Below, piece by piece: positions 13,388 to 26,520 of a stretch of 64,000 nucleotides of DNA (position 1 is its first letter; each line of letters opens with the position of its first letter). Where the stretch lies: positions 81,034,001-81,098,000 of the forward strand of contig OZ024743.1 in NCBI GenBank assembly GCA_964016885.1, read 5' to 3'. A program made the translations under genes and the position numbers. The notes beneath the pieces are model-generated. The model had not been told where the DNA came from, searched no databases, and saw only the letters and a program-made list of their open reading frames with translations. Origin of the DNA: Eledone cirrhosa. Its lineage: Eukaryota.

Positions 13388-16300
13388 TTTTCACATGTTA
13401 ATACCTCCCCCTTCTCTTTCTCCTCTCATTCTCACATTTTAATACCTCCCTCCCCTTCTCTTTCTCCTCTCATTATCACATTTTAATACCCCCCTCCCCT
13501 TCTCTTTCTCCTCTCATTCTCACATTTTAATACCTACCCCTCCCCTTCTCTTTCTCCTCTCATTCTCACATTTTAATACCCCCCTCCCCTTCTCTTTCTC
13601 CTCTCATTATCACATTTTAATACTCCCCCTCGCCTTCTCTTACTCCTCTCATTATCACATTTTAATACCTCCCCCTCGCCTTCTCTTTCTCCTCTCATTA
13701 TCACATTTTAATACCCCCCTCCCCTTCTCTTTCTCCTCTCATTCTCACATTTTAATACCTCCCCCTCGCCTTCTCTTTCTCCTCTCATTATCACATTTTA
13801 ATACCTCCCCCTCGCCTTCTCTTACTCCTCTCATTATCACATTTTAATAACCCCTCCCCTTTCTCTTTCTCCTCTCATTATCACATTTTAATACCCCCTC
13901 CCCTTTCTCTTTCTCCTCTCATTCTCACATTTTAATACCTCCCCCTCGCCTTCTCTTACTCCTCTCATTATCACATTTTAATACCTCCCCCTCGCCTTCT
14001 CTTTCTCCTCTCATTATCACATTTTAATACCTCCCCCTCGCCTTCTCTTTCTCCTCTCATTATCACATTTTAATACCTACCCCTCCCCTTCTCTTTCTCC
14101 TCTCATTCTCACATTTTAATACCTCCCCCTCGCCTTCTCTTTCTCCTCTCATTATCACATTTTAATACCTCCCCCTCGCCTTCTCTTACTCCTCTCATTA
14201 TCACATTTTAATACCCCCTCCCCTTTCTCTTTCTCCTCTCATTATCACATTTTAATACCCCCTCCCCTTTCTCTTTCTCCTCTCATTCTCACATTTTAAT
14301 ACCTCCCCCTCGCCTTCTCTTACTCCTCTCATTATCACATTTTAATACCTCCCCCTCGCCTTCTCTTTCTCCTCTCATTATCACATTTTAATACCTACCC
14401 CTCCCCTTCTCTTTCTCCTCTCATTATCACATTTTAATACCTCCCTCCCCTTCTCTTTCTCCTCTCATTATCACATTTTAATACCTACCCCTCCCCTTCT
14501 CTTTCTCCTCTCATTATCACATTTTAATACCCCCTCCCCTTCTCTTTCTCCTCTCATTATCACATTTTAATACCTCCCCCTCGCCTTCTCTTTCTCCTCT
14601 CATTATCACATTTTAATACCTACCCCTCCCCTTCTCTTTCTCCTCTCATTATCACATTTTAATACCTCCCTCCCCTTCTCTTTCTCCTCTCATTCTCACA
14701 TTTTAATACCCCCTCCCCTTCTCTTTCTCCTCTCATTATCACATTTTAATACCTCCCCCTCGCCTTCTCTTTCTCCTCTCATTATCACATTTTAATACTC
14801 CCCCTCCCTTTCTCTTTCTCCTCTCATTCTCACATTTTAATACCTCCCCCTCGCCTTCTCTTTCTCCTCTCATTATCACATTTTAATACTCCCCCTCGCC
14901 TTCTCTTTCTCCTCTCATTATCACATTTTAATACTCCCCCTCCCTTTCTCTTTCTCCTCTCATTATCACATTTTAATACCCCCTCCCCTTCTCTTTCTCC
15001 TCTCATTATCACATTTTAATACCTACCCCTCCCCTTCTCTTTCTCCTCTCATCACATTTTAATACCTCCCCCTCGCCTTCTCTTTCTCCTCTCATTATCA
15101 CATTTTAATACTCCCCCTCCCTTTCTCTTTCTCCTCTCATTATCACATTTTAATACCCCCTCCCCTTCTCTTTCTCCTCTCATTATCACATTTTAATACC
15201 TCCCCCTCGCCTTCTCTTTCTCCTCTCATTATCACATTTTAATACCTCCCCCTCGCCTTCTCTTACTCCTCTCATTATCACATTTTAATACCCCCTCCCC
15301 TTTCTCTTTCTCCTCTCATTCTCACATTTTAATACCTCCCCCTCGCCTTCTCTTACTCCTCTCATTCTCACATTTTAATACCCCCTCCCCTTTCTCTTTC
15401 TCCTCTCATTCTCACATTTTAATACCTCCCCCTCGCCTTCTCTTACTCCTCTCATTATCACATTTTAATACCTCCCCCTCGCCTTCTCTTTCTCCTCTCA
15501 TTATCACATTTTAATACCTACCCCTCCCCTTCTCTTTCTCCTCTCATTATCACATTTTAATACCTCCCTCCCCTTCTCTTTCTCCTCTCATTATCACATT
15601 TTAATACCTCCCTCCCCTTCTCTTTCTCCTCTCATTATCACATTTTAATACCTACCCCTCCCCTTCTCTTTCTCCTCTCATTATCACATTTTAATACCCC
15701 CTCCCCTTCTCTTTCTCCTCTCATTATCACATTTTAATACCTCCCCCTCGCCTTCTCTTTCTCCTCTCATTATCACATTTTAATACCTACCCCTCCCCTT
15801 CTCTTTCTCCTCTCATTATCACATTTTAATACCTCCCTCCCCTTCTCTTTCTCCTCTCATTCTCACATTTTAATACCCCCTCCCCTTCTCTTTCTCCTCT
15901 CATTATCACATTTTAATACCTCCCCCTCGCCTTCTCTTTCTCCTCTCATTATCACATTTTAATACTCCCCCTCCCTTTCTCTTTCTCCTCTCATTCTCAC
16001 ATTTTAATACCTCCCCCTCGCCTTCTCTTTCTCCTCTCATTATCACATTTTAATACTCCCCCTCGCCTTCTCTTTCTCCTCTCATTATCACATTTTAATA
16101 CTCCCCCTCCCTTTCTCTTTCTCCTCTCATTATCACATTTTAATACCCCCTCCCCTTCTCTTTCTCCTCTCATTATCACATTTTAATACCTACCCCTCCC
16201 CTTCTCTTTCTCCTCTCATCACATTTTAATACCTCCCCCTCGCCTTCTCTTTCTCCTCTCATTATCACATTTTAATACTCCCCCTCCCTTTCTCTTTCTC

Positions 16301-16945
16301 CTCTCATTATCACATTTTAATACCCCCTCCCCTTCTCTTTCTCCTCTCATTATCACATTTTAATACCTCCCCCTCGCCTTCTCTTTCTCCTCTCATTATC
16401 ACATTTTAATACCTCCCCCTCGCCTTCTCTTTCTCCTCTCATCACATTTTAATACCTCCCCCTCGCCTTCTCTTTCTCCTCTCATTATCACATTTTAATA
16501 CTCCCCCTCCCTTTCTCTTTCTCCTCTCATTATCACATTTTAATACCCCCTCCCCTTCTCTTTCTCCTCTCATTATCACATTTTAATACCCCCCTCTCCT
16601 TCTCTTTCTCCTCTCATTCTCACATTTTAATACCCCCCCTCCCTTTTTCTTTCTCCTCTCATTATCACATTTTAATACCTCCCCCTCCCCTTCTCTTTCT
16701 CCTCTCATTCTCACATTTTAATACCTCCCCCTCCCTTTTTCTTACTCCTCTCATTCTCACATTTTAATACTCCCCCTCGCCTTCTCTTTCTCCTCTCATT
16801 CTCACATTTTAATACCTCCCCCTCCCCTTCTCTTTCTCCTCTCATTCTCACATTTTAATACCTCCCCTCCCCTCCTCTTACTCCTCTCATTCTCACATTT
16901 TAATACCTACCCCTCCCCTCCTCTTTCTCCTCTTATTCTCACATT
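13388..16945. repeat. ~44-46 bp pyrimidine-rich minisatellite (TTATCACATTTTAATACCTCCCCCTCGCCTTCTCTTTCTCCTCTCA)
   Basis: Direct periodicity. Identical 60-aa ORFs at 14830 and 15997 reveal a 1167-bp higher-order duplication. Confidence 0.96.
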
Positions 16946-17039
16946 AATTTACTTCTATTTCATTCTCTCTCTCGTTCCTTCTTCTTTCACAATTGTTTCA
17001 TTTCGTTTTTTAATACAATATCACATACTACCCAAGCTA

Positions 17040-17203
17040 TTGTTGTTGTTGTTGTTGTAGCTGTTGTAGTAGTTGTTGTTGTAGTAGTAGTTGTAGTAGT
17101 TGTTGTTGTAGTAGTTGTTGTTGTAGTAGTTGTTGTTGTTGTTGTAGTAGTTGTTGTTGTAGTAGTTGTTGTTGTAGTAGTTGTTGTTGTTGTTGTTGTT
17201 GTT
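17040..17203. repeat. (TTG/TAG)n trinucleotide repeat
   Basis: Seen directly. Confidence 0.9.
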
Positions 17204-17324
17204 TACTGGATCTTCTCCAGATGTTACATTTTCTGTTCGATCCATCATCTATCTTTTATACTTCTCCACTAACAATCTATCTTTTTCTTTCTCTTTTTCT
17301 CCCTCTGTCTTATCTCTCTCTTTG

Positions 17325-17357
<33 letters not shown>

Positions 17358-17644
17358 ATCTATCTATCTCTCCCTCTCCTTATCTCACTCATTCTCTCAC
17401 ACATACACACACACACATACACACACACACACACATACACACACACACATACACACACACACACATATATATATATATGTACATTTTAATAAAGCCGACC
17501 CTATTTGATATAGCACCCACTACATATTAAGGTTTAGTGTTTCTATATTTTATAAAATCATTCGTCGTTTGAACCTTTCACAAGATGTTATCCGGAACTA
17601 TATATAACTATATATATATAATATTATTATTACTATATATATAT

Positions 17645-17698
<54 letters not shown>

Positions 17699-17703
<5 letters not shown>

Positions 17704-18290
17704 CATAGGGTTAACCGCCAATAGATTCAAGCAGCGTTTTTACATGCATACCCATTCTTTTCGTTACCCTCTAAGAAGGAATATGACGTCACTTTCAGCT
17801 TATATCTGGAATCTAAAAGACAACCCCACTCGATATAAGTTACACTGGGAGATCCTAGCTAGGGCTAGATCGTATAACGGAAATAAAAGACCATGTGACC
17901 TCTGCGCGGCTGAGGCCCTGGAAATACTCTACGCCACAGACCACATTTTTAACAAAAAATCTGAGGCAATTTTGGCTTGTAAACATAAATTGCACAAAGC
18001 TTTCCTGTATTACAGCCCCACTCTATACCCTAACGGATAGTACGATATATACGTGGATATTTTACGTCTTGATGTGGTAGCTAAGTATATGTTATATTGA
18101 TACCATTACTTATTTGCATAGGGAACGTTTCCACGAACCAAAGTATCGTCTTCCTGTCTTCCTCCGGTTACAACGTCTTTTGAAATATCCACTTTTGCGT
18201 TTACAGATTGACTTTGTTAGTTTCAGAAGATCCCGTTAAGGGTGAAAGCAGCGATACTTTGCTTAAACTTTAATCTGTTATTTTAATAAA
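17699..18290 (+). mobile_element. 5'-truncated Penelope-like element: GIY-YIG C-terminal half plus an internally deleted 3' UTR
   Basis: Translates IGLTANRFKQRF..H..SF..TSLSAYIW.LK..WEIL..CDLC..E. It is nearly the reverse complement of 24412-24740, 21570-21651 and 20610-20780. Confidence 0.85.
18219..18269 (+). ncRNA. Hammerhead-like motif with variant core CAGAAGA in the PLE 3' end (copies at 20633-20683 minus and 35175-35225 plus)
   Basis: agttt-CAGAAGA-t ccc gttaa ggg t-GAAA-gca..tgc-TT-aaact. Stems I, II and III all pair. Confidence 0.55.
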
Positions 18291-18531
18291 TATATATATA
18301 TATATATATTTTATTTTGAATTAAGATTGTATTGCTTTTTCCCCAACTTACACAAAGTTTGATGACAAGGTTTTTCTTCTTGATTTGTTTTGAATTAAGA
18401 TTGTATTACTTTTTCCCTCATCTTACATTAAATATTTTTTCATCTTGATGGTATAGTCACTTATATACCTGAATTATTGTTAGCATTTTGCTTACATTAA
18501 TTTTATTTTCATTTATATATATTATATATAC

Positions 18532-19104
18532 ATTTTAGTAAGTAAGTTAATTTTTATAATTTTCTTATTTTACGTCTTTCATATAATTGTTCTGCATCCC
18601 CTTGCATTGAACCACAAAGTTACTAAGACAAAACCTATATATTTGCTAGCATAGGTATGCACCTGTATATATATGTTGGTAGATATACTAATTCTTTATA
18701 ATTATCTCCAAATTATTTTGTTGAGCAAAAATTTGCCAAAACTACTACTATAGTTCATAGTAATAGTCCGGCTACTGTCTTCTTAACACCCCACTCCTCA
18801 CTGATTAACCTCGATGTCACGTGATTGATTCTTTTGAATTTGCCACCGACCAAGTAGGCAGTGATTTTTTCAATGTCTTGGAATTTAGTCCCCGCTTGCT
18901 TTTTTCCATCCACTGAATTATTTTTGTATAAGTTCCCTGTGTCCACGCATCGCCTGGGAACTTAGCTGAAAATTGACTTCCTAATGACGAAAGGTATTCT
19001 CCATGTCCCATTCGGAAACCATGTTTATTCCCTTTCAGAAACTAATTAGTTGGAGTGAAATTTTAGTAAGTAAGTTAATTTATATAATTTTCTTATTTTA
19101 CGTC

Positions 19105-19107
<3 letters not shown>
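18532..19107 (+). mobile_element. Retrozyme-like non-coding unit: ~528-bp period, 48-bp terminal direct repeats, one hammerhead
   Basis: ATTTTAGTAAGTAAGTTAATTT..TTTTACGTCTTT occurs at 18532 and 19060. Hammerhead at 18976-19056. Confidence 0.55.
18976..19056 (+). ncRNA. Type I hammerhead with decayed core (G5A)
   Basis: acttc-CTAATGA-c gaaagg...cctttc a-GAAA-ctaattag (palindrome)-TT-ggagt. Confidence 0.55.
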
Positions 19108-19152
<45 letters not shown>

Positions 19153-19396
19153 GAAAGTATAGAAATTATTGTGAGCGTGAAGCCAACAGTATTTCATTAT
19201 ATATAAGTGACTATAACGTCAAAATGGAAAATAATTAACGTAAGATGTGGGAAAATAATTCAAACTTAATTCAAAAAAATCAAGACATAGATTTATCCAT
19301 AGAATTTTGTGAAATCCAGGGAAAAATCCATAGAGCCTTAACTCTGAATAAAATAAAGTTTAAATACTCATCCTTCAATTTGGAAAAACTTCAAAT

Positions 19397-19476
19397 GCTC
19401 TATATAGTCTTAAAAAGACTATTTCACGGAACTTTCAGTGGGGATGGTCACGGTTGGAACTGTTCATCAGTAGAGC
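19397..19476 (-). ncRNA. Type I hammerhead ribozyme, canonical core, AUA cleavage triplet
   Basis: Minus strand reads gctcta-CTGATGA-ac...gt-GAAA-tagtctt ttt aagacta-TA-tagagc, with a 6-bp stem I and 7-bp stem III. Confidence 0.82.
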
Positions 19477-19769
19477 TCAACACGATAACCCTAAGTCACT
19501 GCCAAAATATGACAAAAAAGGGAATTTAAATACAGGCTAGTTCAACTCATGCGTAAATATGAAAATAAACGCACATGGAGAGACATGGCTGGTGACGTCA
19601 GAATGAGACGAATGTCTGTTTACAGGAAACAGCAGTCAAAAAACCTTTCCGAAAAAAAAAATACAAATGTAAGGAGTTCAGCAAAATAGCAATATTATCG
19701 CGGTTTTTAAAAAAAAAAGACCGGGATTAGTTACAAATAATTTTAAGCACTCTAGGGAAAAATTCCGAG

Positions 19770-19812
<43 letters not shown>

Positions 19813-19878
19813 GTTATTCCGGGTTGAATCGGAGGTAACCACAGTAAGTAAGGTACTCAATACAAAGCAGAGTATAAC

Positions 19879-20005
19879 AGTTTTAATATAGATGAGATTC
19901 TACAGGACTAGAACTGTTTCATTCGTTAGAAATCATCAAGATTCCTGATGATTTCTAAAGAATGAAACAGTTATAGTCCTGTAGAATCTCATCTATATTA
20001 AAACT
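19879..20005. repeat. Fold-back (inverted repeat, ~60-bp arms) carrying a hammerhead on each strand, inserted in (TA)n
   Basis: Arms AGTTTTAATATAGATGAGATTCTACAGGACTA... / ...TAGTCCTGTAGAATCTCATCTATATTAAAACT. Confidence 0.85.
19940..19988 (+). ncRNA. Type I hammerhead ribozyme, GUA site (family members at 26744-26790 and 58682-58726)
   Basis: gattc-CTGATGA-tttc taaa gaat-GAAA-cag ttatagtc ctg-TA-gaatc. Confidence 0.78.
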
Positions 20006-20101
20006 ATATATATATATATAAGGTAAACAGAAATAACAACACAATCGGTACAGCATATGGAAGGGATATATTAGGTTAACGCTTGATATAGCAGGAAGAG
20101 G

Positions 20102-20139
20102 CTCTTAACGTTTCGGACGCTAGTCATTCATCAGAAGAA
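20102..20139 (-). ncRNA. Minimal type I hammerhead with palindromic stem III (AACGTT)
   Basis: Minus strand reads tctt-CTGATGA-at gac tagc gtc c-GAAA-cg-TT-aaga. Confidence 0.65.
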
Positions 20140-20215
20140 AGAATGAGAAATAAAATAGATTAAGGGGAAGGGCGGGATGGGATTGGAAAAAATGTCTTTA
20201 TATATATATATATAT

Positions 20216-20560
20216 GGTGGCTGCCAACTCGTTTTCGAGTACGGCCACTACTTTATATCCATGTAGGAGAACCCCTACCGATGCGCTGAACGAGTGTGAC
20301 TTTTTAGTCCAGCCAGCGAGTTGAAAACTCTGGTACAAACACTACACTTGTGATAATTATTGACACATAGTGCTGGGCCCATGGTACCATGTGACGACAA
20401 GTGCAGAGATATCTCCAGATATGAAGCAATGCCTGTGCCATGAAGCTTTTATAGTGAGCAAAGACACTGCACAAAGCCAGTCCCACTCTCTTAACCAAGA
20501 TGATATTTACCAAAAAGAAGAACAAGTCAACATCATTGGATACCATCAGGGTTGCAGGTG

Positions 20561-20562
<2 letters not shown>
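20216..20562 (-). mobile_element. RTE-like 3' end fragment with a C2H2 finger remnant and terminal stem-loop (copies at 57532-57880 minus and 38778-38863 plus)
   Basis: Minus strand encodes CSVCTRVFNSLAGLKSHTRSAH and ends GGCCGTACTCGAAAACGAGTTGGCAGCCAC. Three copies occur in the window. Confidence 0.6.
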
Positions 20563-20599
<37 letters not shown>

Positions 20600-21659
20600 A
20601 ATATATATTTATTTATTAAAATAACAGATTAAAGTTTAAGCAAAGAATCGCTGCTTTCACCCTTAACGGGATCTTCTGAAAGTAAAAAAGTCAATCTGTG
20701 AACGCAGAAGTAAATATTTCAAAAATCGTTGCAACCGAAGGAAGACAGGAAGACGATACTTTGGTTCGTGGAAACGTTCCCTGACAAAGAACCGAAAAAA
20801 ACGAAAATAATACGTCATTATTTGGAGCGGTGAAAACAATTACACGCAAAGACAAAAACACGTTTATGGTTTAAATGAAGTCGTAGACTAATATTCTATT
20901 AGGTGGTTCATGGAGACGTTCTCTGGCAATGAACGGAAGAAACGAAGATAATACGTCATTATGTGGAGCGGTGAGAACAATTGCACGCGAAGACAAAACC
21001 ACGTAAATGGTATACAGAGGTAATTGAAATTAAATAAATACATGCCCGCATTTATATACGTACATACACAAGCATACGCGAAAACACTCGCCATAGGTAT
21101 ACAAATACAAGCACGTACACAAAAAAAACCGCAATCACATACAGAGCCCACGCAACGCCTGAACCCACGCAACGCCTGTACCCACGCACATACGAACGTA
21201 TACACCAAATACACATAAACATATATATAAATATATATATGTGTGTGTGTGTGTGCGTGTATACATATAATTAAAAAAACGTATATAAATAAATAAATAC
21301 TTATATAACGCGCGCACACTCATACCTACATGTAAATACACATATGTTCGCAGACGTACGTCGACCAAAACACAAAGTACACATACACACACACCCTACA
21401 TACGTACGAACCCGCATACTCACACAGACGCAAAACTCGCGTATACACAGAACCAAATGCACATGTACCAGAATATATAATATATACGCCATAACATATA
21501 CAAGCAATTATACGTACGAGAAAATATACGTACCTTCACAAAACATACAGGTAATATATACATACCTATACAAATAAGTAATGGTACAAACATAACATAT
21601 ACTTAGCTACCACATCAAGACGTAAAATATCCGCGTATAGTTCGTACTATCCATTAGGG

Positions 21660-23099
21660 CAGTGGTCGCCAAGCACATTTAAATGAGAAAGAATAATCTT
21701 CTTTAGATTGCTGGAGTCAAAATCTTCTCTCTTTTTAAGCTCTATTTCAAGGTTTGAAAGTAATGAGTAATTGTCCGATTCAATTCTTTTTATAAAGATG
21801 TTTAATTTTGATTGAAAATACGTAATAAAATTGATTGAAGTAAAAATATCTGCATTGTTACCCTGAAGACACTTATTTAGTTTGTTCAGTTCACCAAAAT
21901 TTTCTACTAAATAAGCGAGTTGCACATTCCATTCATTGGTTTCTAATACACTTGCTCTTTCATCATTCTGTTTTTTTAGAAAAACTATTATTTCTTCTCT
22001 CAGTTCAAAATCTCTCTTCATAGCATCCCCAAAAGACAGCCAACACACATCATTGTTCAATAACAATCTATTATAATTACTTCCAGAAGATTCACAAATA
22101 GATTCAAACATTCTAGAATTTTTGCTCTTGCATGGATCAAATTGATAATTTTGACAATATCTTTCAGCTGGTCATTTAATATTTGAGCATCTCTGTCTTT
22201 GAATTTTTTTGAACACAAAACCTCTCGATGAATCATACAATGATTTGAAATACAATTTGGGGTCTGTTCTTTAATTTTTGCAATCAAACCAGAATTTTTA
22301 CCAGTCATTGCAGCTGCTCCATCTGTTGTTATTGAAGTCAACTTGCTCCAAGATACACCATTTTAAAAAAAATACTCTTCAATTTTATTGAATATGTCTT
22401 GACCTTTAGTTGTGAATATAGACAAAACAAATACTCTTCTACTAATTCTTTTTTATGAAGGTCTACAAACCGTACATAGAAAATTAATTGAGCCTTGTTA
22501 TTAATATCCGTAGTTTCGTCCACTTGCAGACCAAAACATATGCTTTTCTTTAGTGCAGTTAGTATCTGATTTTCTATATAAGAAGAAATATCAATTATCC
22601 TTCTTTTTACGGTATTTGCTGACAATGGTAACTGGCTTAATTTTTCTTTGTCCTTAATACTGCAGCTTTCAAAAAGATTCTCTGTAGCAACTTTTATACT
22701 TGGCAGAATTAACTGTTCTAATGTAAATGGTTTCTTGTTTTTACCAATCAAATGTGAAATTTCAAAAGATGTTCTTGTTAAAGCTTTATTTCTATCTGAC
22801 TTTTTACAAAACAAGTCATACATATTAGCTTGTGATTTTTTGATGATGTTTTTCAGCGAAGTAAAGTATTCCAGTGACTTGTTTTTATCATTGGTGTGAT
22901 TAGTATCAAGGAGTCTTTTAAGTTTTGCAGGATTTAAAGAGCTATTTGATAGAACTTTTGAACATAGCAAACACATGGGCTGATCTGGTGTATCTTTTTT
23001 AGTGTCAGCTTTTTGAAATCCATATCTAACATAATCATCACACCACTGTCTAACCTTACTGGTGGTATCTAACTTCAGCTTCTTTGCAGTAGACATCAT
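21660..23099 (-). pseudogene. hAT transposase, frameshifted and C-terminally truncated
   Basis: BED finger PMCLLC..KLKR..H, LSANTVKRRI, LQVDETTD, QLIFYVRF, TTDGAAAMTG, HCMIHRE (CxxH), (R/C)WLS, LAYL and LN..LQG. No C-terminal dimerisation domain. Confidence 0.88.
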
Positions 23100-24403
23100 A
23101 TCAATGTTATTTATCTACAGTTAACATTTTTAATATGACATTAATAAACAAGAGAAATTAAGTTTTTTTTATTACAAAAAGTACTTACATTAAATTTAAT
23201 TTTAGATATTTGGAAAAACCTAACTAGTTAAAAAAAAATGTTAATTTAAAAAAAATTGAAATTTCTCCATTTTAGGATGGCAAATATATTATTTAAAGTC
23301 TTATAATAATATTAAAATATTAGGGGTTACTGAAAAAGGTGAACATTTATAAACAACTAGAAGGAATTGTTTTCAGAGTCCAGCACTTCCTGCATATACT
23401 ACTTTAGGGTCGTATTAAATATTATTGGTAATGTAAATATATTTAAATATCCGCCATAGGTGCAAAAAATGCAAATCAGCTGATAGTGTAGAAAATGTGA
23501 CGATGGTATTGGAAATTAATTCAGATATCTTCTATCTATTTTGACTCAAAGTTAGATATAATATAAGAAGGCTTTAGGCTGCGTTAAACATATATTAGAT
23601 TGGAACAAATAAAGTTTAGACAAATGTTTGTGAACATATATATTTATTGTATAAAGTAATTTCTCAATTGTGAATGCAGATGTCATCAAATGAATACATA
23701 ATTGTGTGGCAAAGTTTATAGTGTATGCATGGAATACAAAATTACCTTTGTTAGTAGTCGAAACTTTACAGGCGTTATATTTTCTGTGCAAAGTACAACA
23801 GAATGTAACGTGTTCTTCATTGTCTGTGGAACTGGATGCATGTTGAAAACGACTAGTAAGCGAGTTAACTCTGTGAGGAAACTTTAGGCGACTTTAAAGC
23901 TTTTGTGAGGACAGCAGATTAAAACGTGTTCTCTATTGAAAACATTCTACTGAACTTACGTTGTGAGAACAGCGAACTGACCCTGTCTCTCGGCTGAGAG
24001 ACCTCGCTGAACTGAAGTTTTCAGTTTAAAGTTATGCTGTCATCGACCAACATTTACTTGTTCGTGATTAGTCAATTTCTAAGTTCAATTAGTGTATTAT
24101 CAGTAGTAGTCAAATTCTCGGAATTCAGAAAACTGTCTTTCCAAGAATTGATGTGATATTGAAAGTATTCAATTTCCACGAATCTCAGAACAGTGTTTTT
24201 CTGCTAATTCAAGTGAGAAACTGAAAGTAGTGTTTTCCACGAATTGGAGTGGAGAACCTGTGTACACTACAATAGTACTCGTTCATTTATACGTTGCACC
24301 TTTGGCATTTTCTTTGCACCTTTTTCAGAAAACCCAAAATATTAATGGTAATGTAAATATTTATTTTTTTAAGGAACCCGGAGTTTGTTTTACGGAACCC
24401 CAT
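21660..24403 (-). mobile_element. hAT (Buster/ZBED5-like) DNA transposon nested in the PLE, with target-site duplication CATTAGGG / GATTAGGG
   Basis: PLE sequence resumes on both sides by comparison with the uninterrupted copy near 18020-18040. The 8-bp NNNTANNN duplication is at 21652-21659 and 24404-24411. The left end reads CAGTGGTCGCCAA. Confidence 0.8.
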
Positions 24404-24411
24404 GATTAGGG

Positions 24412-26520
24412 TATAATGTGGGGCTGTAATACAGGAAAGTTTTGTGCAATTTATGTTTGCAAACCGAAATTGCCTCATATTTTTTGTTTAAGATGTGGTC
24501 TTTGGTGTAGAGTATTTCCAGGGCCTCAGCAGCGCAGAGGTCACATGGTCTTTGATTTCCGTTATACGATCTAGCTTTTAGCTAGGATAACCCAGTGTAA
24601 CCTATATTGGGTGTGGTTGTCTTTTAGACTCCAGATATGAGCTGAAAGTGACGTCATATTCCTTCTTAAACGGTTAAGAAAAGAATGGGTATGCATGTTA
24701 AAACGCTGCTTGAAACCATTGGCGGTTAACCCTATGTAGGCCCTACGGGACGTGGGTGTTTCAACCTTACATTTGTAGACAATGTTACTAGAGAGACATT
24801 TCCCGGATAGGGGGCAGTCAACCCGATTCCTACAATTACAGTTAGTACTAGCTACAGGGTTGCACGTGTTCCTACGGCTAGGTAATTTTTGCTAAATTTG
24901 AAGCTGTGATGTTATGTGCAAGGTTAGGAGTCGTAGAGTAAGAAATTTTAATGGTATTTCTATTAAAAAGTTTACTATATTTATGTGCTGGGGGAAATGC
25001 TTCATAATAAGGGAGAGAAAGATCTTAGCTAATGGTGTGGCCACCTCCATATCATATTGTGGGTTATACCATATAATGCGTCGGGATCTATTTTTCCTAG
25101 GTCTATTCTCGTAGTCTGTATATGCTACCTTATCGACAAATCAACTCCGAGCAAGAGCTTCATTGTAATATGTGGAATGGTCGTTGACAATATGCTCGTT
25201 AGTAGATAGACGGGAAAGCCTCACAGAAACGTTTCTTACCAGGTTCTGGGATATGCTGGCAGGATGGTTAGAATGCTTACTTATGTAATTAAGCGTATCA
25301 TTCTGCTTTCTATACGGGTAGTGCAAGCCATTCGAAAAATTGAGGATAACGTCGAGGCAATTAACGACCGAGAGGTTGGCCTCAACCTGTATGGAGAGGT
25401 TGAAGACTTTAAAGAAGGCTGTGAGTTCTTTTCTGAACCTGTCGCAAGCACGTGGCCGCACTTTGTCATTGTCAAACGACTATCATCACGGTACAAACCA
25501 CCGCCCACGTTGAGGAATTCTTCCTTGATAGAGACAAGAAGGAAAAGGCCGATAAGATCAGTAACTTCCGCAGAAACGCTGGCGCCCATACTCACGTCGA
25601 ATGGGGTACTATTAGATTTTTTAATCCAAATAGAGTCGTCGAAATTAATCACCGACTTACGGGAATTGAGGATGACATCAACTTCCAAATCCTTAACCAC
25701 TGTGAGTATTTTAGCGAAATTGATAGCTCTAAGGAGAAATGGTAAAGTGATGGAGAAGTAGTAATTATTGATGTCGAATTAGATAAAACGGCAATGTTCC
25801 TTGTTGCATATGCCGTTGAACCAATCAATCACCGCGAAAGAATTGTTCCACAGTGCAAGAGGGGCCAAACTTCTAATTTCAGGTATAATTCTATCTAAAA
25901 TCCTTTTACTAAGTCTACCTAAATCGAACTCCGTAGGGTTAATATGCCAAATAGAGGGGTTGTTCGGGAAATTGGATTTGTGATCCTTCAAGGTAAAGTG
26001 GGGAGAAATAGGGTCCAGAGCTTCAGTCCGGTCCAGGATGTTGAGATTAGAGGTGATTTTAAACCCAGCATCGTTGATTTCATTAATGTCGCTCGATTAG
26101 TTTTACACTAATACTTAGTTACAGCATTATGTAGCAGTTGATGGTAAGTACTGCGCTCCACTTGATATAGATTGCCTGTTTTGTCGGAGTAGACATGCAC
26201 GGCATTAGAATCCTTAATAGAACGAATTCTATTCTTCAGGTCCTGCTGGAAGGAATTGCTCCTATTCCGAAATTTGATACTCTGTATGAGTTCCAAGACA
26301 TCATTTTCGAAGGGTAGCAATGGTGGGTTACTCGGAGGGTTATTATAGGTTTTAAACCCATATTTATCCTGTTTGTTGTCTGGTTTTCCCTGAAATAAAA
26401 GGCACGCCAACGCAACCTTTTAATGAACGCCTCTGTTTTCTGTATCATGAGTTATAGGTATGTTTTCCTGCTTGGAACGGGTATGTTCTTTGTAGAAATA
26501 TTCAGATGTTGTTTCTGCAT
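24412..26520 (-). pseudogene. PLE RT/GIY-YIG ORF with several frameshifts and stops
   Basis: Collinear fragments 26236-26448, 26108-26410, 25779-25991, 25281-25700 and 25141-25461, plus the GIY-YIG region at 24420-24840. Confidence 0.85.

Noticed and set aside
24412-26520. Selenocysteine recoding as reported for some Naiad PLEs
   Set aside because: The conserved Cys positions I checked (CNC, CPL..C, CDLC) use normal Cys codons. The stops accompany frameshifts and look like decay.
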